Of a DNA stretch of 32,000 nucleotides, positions 27,683-32,000 are shown piece by piece. Source of the stretch: Mycolicibacterium smegmatis (GTDB taxonomy: Bacteria > Actinomycetota > Actinomycetes > Mycobacteriales > Mycobacteriaceae); the NCBI RefSeq assembly GCF_001457595.1, contig NZ_LN831039.1, positions 2,730,001 to 2,762,000 of the forward strand, written 5' to 3'. Every line of letters starts with the position of its first letter. The first letter of the stretch is position 1. Under the pieces are notes generated by a model, which did no database searches, was not told where the DNA came from, and saw nothing but the letters and a program-made list of their open reading frames with translations. A program made the position numbers and the translations under genes.

Positions 27683-28428
27683 CCGACACGGCGATTTCGA
27701 TCGCGGCCCTGCGCCACGTGTACCCCGACGGCCACATCGGCCTCGACGGCGTCGACCTCGAGGTCGCCGAGGGGGAGCGCGTCGCGGTGCTCGGGCCCAA
27801 CGGCGCAGGCAAGACCACGCTGATGCTGCACCTCAACGGGGTGCTCACGGCCACGTCGGGAACGGTCCGGATCTGCGGTGTGCCCGTGGCCAGAAACACG
27901 CTGCGCGACATCCGCCGACGCGTCGGCCTGGTGTTCCAGGACCCCGACGATCAGTTGTTCATGCCGACCGTGGCGCAGGACGTCGCCTTCGGGCCTGCCA
28001 ACTTCGGGCTGGCGGGGGAGGAACTGGCGGCGCGGGTCCGGCACGCACTCGAGCTGGTGTCGCTCACCGAGCACGCCGACCGCAGCCCGGCGCACCTGTC
28101 GGGCGGGCAGCGCCGCCGCGCCGCGTTGGCCACGGTGCTCGCGTGCGACGCCGAGATCCTGGTGCTCGACGAGCCTTCGGCCAACCTCGATCCGGTGGCG
28201 CGTCGCGAACTCGCGGAAACCCTTGCCGCACTGGATGTCACGATGCTGATCGTCACACACGACCTGCCGTACGCCGCGCAACTGTGCACCCGCGCGGTCG
28301 TCATCGACGACGGTCGCGTGGTCGCCGACGGTGACATCGGGGAGATCCTGGGCGATGCCCACCTGCTCGCCGCGCACCGGCTCGAACTGCCCTGGGGCTT
28401 CGCGGTTCCGGAACGCTCGCGGAACTAG
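27679..28428 (+). CDS. cbiO: ECF transporter ATPase A-component CbiO
   Basis: Walker A LGPNGAGKTTLMLHLNG, Q-loop VFQDPDDQLF, signature LSGGQRRRAALATVLAC, Walker B ILVLDEPSANLD; ATGA overlap with cbiQ. Confidence 0.96.
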   Translation: MTDTAISIAALRHVYPDGHIGLDGVDLEVAEGERVAVLGPNGAGKTTLMLHLNGVLTATSGTVRICGVPVARNTLRDIRRRVGLVFQDPDDQLFMPTVAQDVAFGPANFGLAGEELAARVRHALELVSLTEHADRSPAHLSGGQRRRAALATVLACDAEILVLDEPSANLDPVARRELAETLAALDVTMLIVTHDLPYAAQLCTRAVVIDDGRVVADGDIGEILGDAHLLAAHRLELPWGFAVPERSRN

Positions 28429-28438
28429 CGCGGCCGGC

Positions 28439-29824
28439 TCACTCCTGCAGGCCCAGCAGCGCGTTCTCGATCACCTCGGGCAGCGCCGGGTGGATCCAGT
28501 ACTGCCCGCGGGCGATCTCCTGCGCCGTCTGTCCCAGGCTCATGGCCTGGATGAGCGGCTGGATGATCGACGACGCCTGATGGCCCAGGATGTGGGCGCC
28601 TAGCAGCTTGCCGGTGCCGCGCTCACCGATCAGCTTGGCGATGCCGGTCGTGTCCTCCATGGCCCAGCCGTAAGCGGTGTCGCCGTAGTTCTGGACCTTG
28701 ACCACGATGTCGTGGCCGGCCGCGCGGGCCTCGGCCTCGGTCAGGCCGACCGTCGCGACCTGCGGATCGGTGAACACCGCCGACGGCACGAAGCGGTGAT
28801 CGCTGGCCACCAGCGAGGCGGTGTCGTCCCAGTCGCGCAGCAGGTTCTCCTTGACCACGCGCGCCTCGTGGTTGGCCACATGCTTGAGCTGGTAATCCGA
28901 GGACACATCGCCGAGCGCGAAAACGCCCCGGGCCGTTGTGCGTTGGTACTGATCGACGATCACGCGGCCGTCCTCGTCGACCTCGACACCGGCCAGCTCG
29001 GCGTCGAGCAGGTCACCGTTGGGCACCCGGCCGGTGGCCACCAGCAGCGTGTCGGCGGCGACCGTCTTGCCGTCGTCGAGTTCGAGCACGATCCGGTCGC
29101 CGTCCTGGTGGGATCCGATCACGTTCTCGTGTGTGCGGATGTCCCACTTGGTGGCGGCGATCTCGTTGAACCGGTGGCAGATCGTCTCGTCGCAGTGCGT
29201 GAGCAGACCGTCACCGCGCACCACGATCGTGACGTGCACGCCAAGCGCGGAGAACACGTGCGCGAACTCCGCCGAGACGAACCCGCCGCCGATGATCACG
29301 AGATCGGTGGGTAGTTCCGGGATCCGCATGATGTCGTCACTCGTGTGGTACTTGACGCCGCAATCCACCACCGCGGGCGGGATGTAGGTGCGTGAACCCG
29401 CGGCGATCACCACCTGATCGCTGGTGAACTCCTCACCCGACTCGGTGCGCAGCGTGTAGCGGCCGTCGTCGGTCTTCGGCCCGAAACGGGTGTGGCTGGA
29501 GTACACCGTGATGTTCGGATCCGACCGCCGGTAGTCCTCGCCGCCCGCGGCGATCGGGTCGATACGCCCGAACACCCGCTCGACGATGTCGGGCCAGCGG
29601 ACCTTGTCGATGTGGGCGTCGACGCCGTATCGCGCACTCGTGCGGACACTGTGGGCCACCTCGGCGGCGTACACGAACATCTTGGTGGGGATGCATCCCA
29701 CGTTCAGGCAGGTTCCGCCGAACGTGCCCTGCTCGCAGATCGCGACCTTCTTGCCGGCGTAGCGGTCGTCGACGATGCTGTTGCCCGACCCCGTGCCGAT
29801 GATCGCCAGATCGTAATGCTCCAC
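28439..29824 (-). CDS. mtr: Mycothione reductase
   Basis: 461 aa flavin disulfide reductase; [24 protein letters not shown]; C-terminal [15 protein letters not shown]; syntenic with Rv2855. Confidence 0.95.
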   Translation of the reverse strand: MEHYDLAIIGTGSGNSIVDDRYAGKKVAICEQGTFGGTCLNVGCIPTKMFVYAAEVAHSVRTSARYGVDAHIDKVRWPDIVERVFGRIDPIAAGGEDYRRSDPNITVYSSHTRFGPKTDDGRYTLRTESGEEFTSDQVVIAAGSRTYIPPAVVDCGVKYHTSDDIMRIPELPTDLVIIGGGFVSAEFAHVFSALGVHVTIVVRGDGLLTHCDETICHRFNEIAATKWDIRTHENVIGSHQDGDRIVLELDDGKTVAADTLLVATGRVPNGDLLDAELAGVEVDEDGRVIVDQYQRTTARGVFALGDVSSDYQLKHVANHEARVVKENLLRDWDDTASLVASDHRFVPSAVFTDPQVATVGLTEAEARAAGHDIVVKVQNYGDTAYGWAMEDTTGIAKLIGERGTGKLLGAHILGHQASSIIQPLIQAMSLGQTAQEIARGQYWIHPALPEVIENALLGLQE

Positions 29825-29828
29825 GTGC

Positions 29829-30860
29829 TCACCTATCCCGAACGAGTCGTTGTGTCGGATTCTGCAGGCTCAGATACTCGTCGAGCCACCGGTCGAGTTC
29901 GCGATAGGCCTGCGCCCTGGGCTCGGCCAGCGACAGGAACACGTCGTGCTTGGCGTCGGGGATCGCCACGATCGTGCTGCGGCCGCCGACGCACCCCGCC
30001 CAGCGTGCGATCTGGCGGACGTCGAGGACCGCGTCGCCGCGCTGTATCGCCTCCGGGTCGTCGGTCTCACGCACGCTGTGGTCGGACCGCAGGATCAGGT
30101 TTGGCACCCCGACGTCGAGGCCGCGGTGCAACTGGGCCTGTCCGCGGCGGATCGCGTTGATCCACCCGAGCGTGATCGGGAACCCGCCCACCGGTTTCCA
30201 GTCGAGGTTGTACTCGAACTCGCCGTGGTAGTCACGGTGCAGCGTGGTGCCGTAGCCACCCACGGTGGGTTTGCGGATCACCGTGTGCTTGCGCCACCGC
30301 GCCAGCGCGCGCAGCGTCAGCGACGTCGGCGCGGTGCGCAGGATGCCCGGGCCGTGCAGGTCGAAGAACGGGCTGTTGAGCACCAGTCCGGTGATGTTGT
30401 GCGTGGCCTGCCTGTTCCGCCGCCGCATCCGGTCGGCGAACAACGTGACGATCAGCCCGCCCGCGGAATGGCCGTACAGGCAGACCCGCGCGCCCGCGGT
30501 GTCGTAGCCGATGATCGAGAGCGCCTGCTCCAGTTCGGCGTCGTACCGGGTCAGGTCCGTCGTGAAGTGCGGTGTCTGCCCGTCGCGGCGCGACCGGCCG
30601 CACTTGTCGAGATCGAGCGCGTAGAACGCGAAGCCGTGCGCGGCGAACCGGTCGGCGAGCTCGGTGTTGAAGAAGTAGTCGGTATAACCGTGCAGTGCCA
30701 GCACCGCGTGCTCGGCGCGGCCGGTGCTCTCCGGATCGCCGCGGCGCACCAGTGTCGCGAACAGATCGCCTTCACCGTCGGGATCCGGACCGAGGTCGAT
30801 CGTGCGTTGCCAGAACCCCGGCAGTACATCCGGCTCCCATGAGGGTTCCCGTGACGTCAC
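29829..30860 (-). CDS. Alpha/beta hydrolase (lysophospholipase-like)
   Basis: [51 protein letters not shown] nucleophile elbow, catalytic His in [11 protein letters not shown]; GTG at 30860. Confidence 0.88.
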   Translation of the reverse strand: MTSREPSWEPDVLPGFWQRTIDLGPDPDGEGDLFATLVRRGDPESTGRAEHAVLALHGYTDYFFNTELADRFAAHGFAFYALDLDKCGRSRRDGQTPHFTTDLTRYDAELEQALSIIGYDTAGARVCLYGHSAGGLIVTLFADRMRRRNRQATHNITGLVLNSPFFDLHGPGILRTAPTSLTLRALARWRKHTVIRKPTVGGYGTTLHRDYHGEFEYNLDWKPVGGFPITLGWINAIRRGQAQLHRGLDVGVPNLILRSDHSVRETDDPEAIQRGDAVLDVRQIARWAGCVGGRSTIVAIPDAKHDVFLSLAEPRAQAYRELDRWLDEYLSLQNPTQRLVRDR

Positions 30861-31009
30861 GCTCCCACAGTAGCGGCGCGGACCGCGCCGGGTTACCGCC
30901 CAGTCGCAAACCTGCGTCCCAAACACCGTGGTAGGAGGGGTCGCGGGCGGGCATCGGTCGTGGAAGTGACCGATCGCACTCACGTGGCACCACCATGCTG
31001 GGCAATCGC

Positions 31010-31028
31010 GTTATCGGCTCGCGATAAC
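31010..31028. promoter_or_regulatory. Inverted repeat GTTATCG-N5-CGATAAC upstream of mqo
   Basis: Perfect 7-5-7 dyad, about 82 bp upstream of the mqo GTG. Confidence 0.4.
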
Positions 31029-31110
31029 CTGAGCAGAGGAACTGCTGCTGAACCAGCCGACGGGATGTTCGGTTCATGGGCCACGCGACGAAGAAGGGCT
31101 AGCGATCAGG

Positions 31111-32000
31111 GTGTCTGAGGCAAACGCAGGTACGAACGCGAAGACTGACGTCGTGTTGGTGGGGGCCGGCATCATGAGCGCAACGCTGGGCACTCTCATC
31201 AAGCTGCTGGAGCCCAACTGGTCGATCACGATGATCGAGCGCCTCGACGGCGCCGCGGCCGAGAGCAGCGATCCGTGGAACAACGCGGGCACCGGGCACT
31301 CTGCGCTGTGCGAGCTCAACTACACGCCCGCGCTGCCCGACGGCACCATCGACATCAGCAAGGCCGTCAACGTCAACGAGCAGTTCCAGGTCTCGCGGCA
31401 GTTCTGGGCCCACGCCGTCGAGAACGGTGTACTGCCCGACGTCCGCAGCTTCCTCAACCCTGTGCCGCATGTGAGTTTTGTGTACGGCGCCGACAACGTG
31501 CAGTACCTCAAGGCGCGTTACAACGCCCTGGTCACCAACCCGCTGTTCGCGTCGATGGAGTTCATCGACGACAAGGACGAGTTCACGCGGCGCCTGCCGT
31601 TGATGGCGGAGAAGCGCGATTTCTCGGAACCGGTCGCGCTGAACTGGTCGCAGCACGGCACCGACGTCGACTTCGGATCGCTGTCGCGACAGCTGATCGG
31701 ATTCGCCGCGGGCAACGGCATGACCACCATGTTCGGTCACGACGTGCGCGACCTGAGCAAGAATTCCGACGGCAGCTGGACCGTGAAGGTGCGAAACCGC
31801 CGGACCGGCAACAACTTCAAGATCAACGCGAAGTTCGTCTTCGTCGGTGCGGGTGGCGGTGCGCTGCCGCTGCTGCAGAAGTCGGGTATCCCCGAGGCCA
31901 AGGGCTTCGGCGGGTTCCCGGTGGGTGGCGCCTTCCTGCGCACCAACAAGCAGCACCTCACCTCGCGTCACAACGCCAAGGTCTACGGCCTGCCGCCGCT
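31111..32000 (+). CDS. mqo: Malate:quinone oxidoreductase, truncated at window end
   Basis: GTG start after AAGAAGGG; [62 protein letters not shown]. Confidence 0.96.
   Translation, partial: MSEANAGTNAKTDVVLVGAGIMSATLGTLIKLLEPNWSITMIERLDGAAAESSDPWNNAGTGHSALCELNYTPALPDGTIDISKAVNVNEQFQVSRQFWAHAVENGVLPDVRSFLNPVPHVSFVYGADNVQYLKARYNALVTNPLFASMEFIDDKDEFTRRLPLMAEKRDFSEPVALNWSQHGTDVDFGSLSRQLIGFAAGNGMTTMFGHDVRDLSKNSDGSWTVKVRNRRTGNNFKINAKFVFVGAGGGALPLLQKSGIPEAKGFGGFPVGGAFLRTNKQHLTSRHNAKVYGLPP

Noticed and set aside
1-32000. Mobile elements, CRISPR arrays, tRNA/rRNA, defence systems, toxin-antitoxin pairs
   Set aside because: I recognised no transposase, integrase, Cas, restriction-modification or toxin-antitoxin proteins in the ORF track, and no regularly spaced repeat array in the sequence.

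Overview
This window is a high-GC chromosomal segment. Its gene order (rip1, ispG, GNAT, PBP, map, glnA4, puuD-like, aldC, SDR, mtr, mqo) matches the M. tuberculosis Rv2869c to Rv2852c backbone as I recall it. It is most likely a rapidly growing Mycolicibacterium such as M. smegmatis. Several accessory modules sit between the backbone genes: (1) a redoxin-like gene divergent from a TetR regulator, with a palindrome-rich intergenic region; (2) cobQ behind map; (3) a divergent DUF2000/AraC-family pair; (4) a two-gene asnB-like/GNAT-ATP-grasp operon matching N-acetylglutaminylglutamine amide (NAGGN) osmolyte synthesis, without its usual M42 peptidase partner; (5) a glnA4, class-I amidotransferase, aldehyde dehydrogenase, SDR, FCD-GntR gamma-glutamylation/amine-catabolism cluster; (6) a pcaHGBC protocatechuate cluster flanked by IclR and FCD-GntR regulators; (7) an ArsR, cbiM, PDGLE (cbiN-like), cbiQ, cbiO cobalt/nickel ECF transporter with a TGAA-N6-TTCA operator-like site. 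I found no convincing mobile element, CRISPR array, tRNA or rRNA. No defence-like or clearly undescribed system is evident. The best follow-ups are a 187-aa alpha/beta-hydrolase-like protein that lacks the serine nucleophile, regulatory repeats in the asnB/glnA4 divergent region, and the metal-uptake and TetR/redoxin operators.
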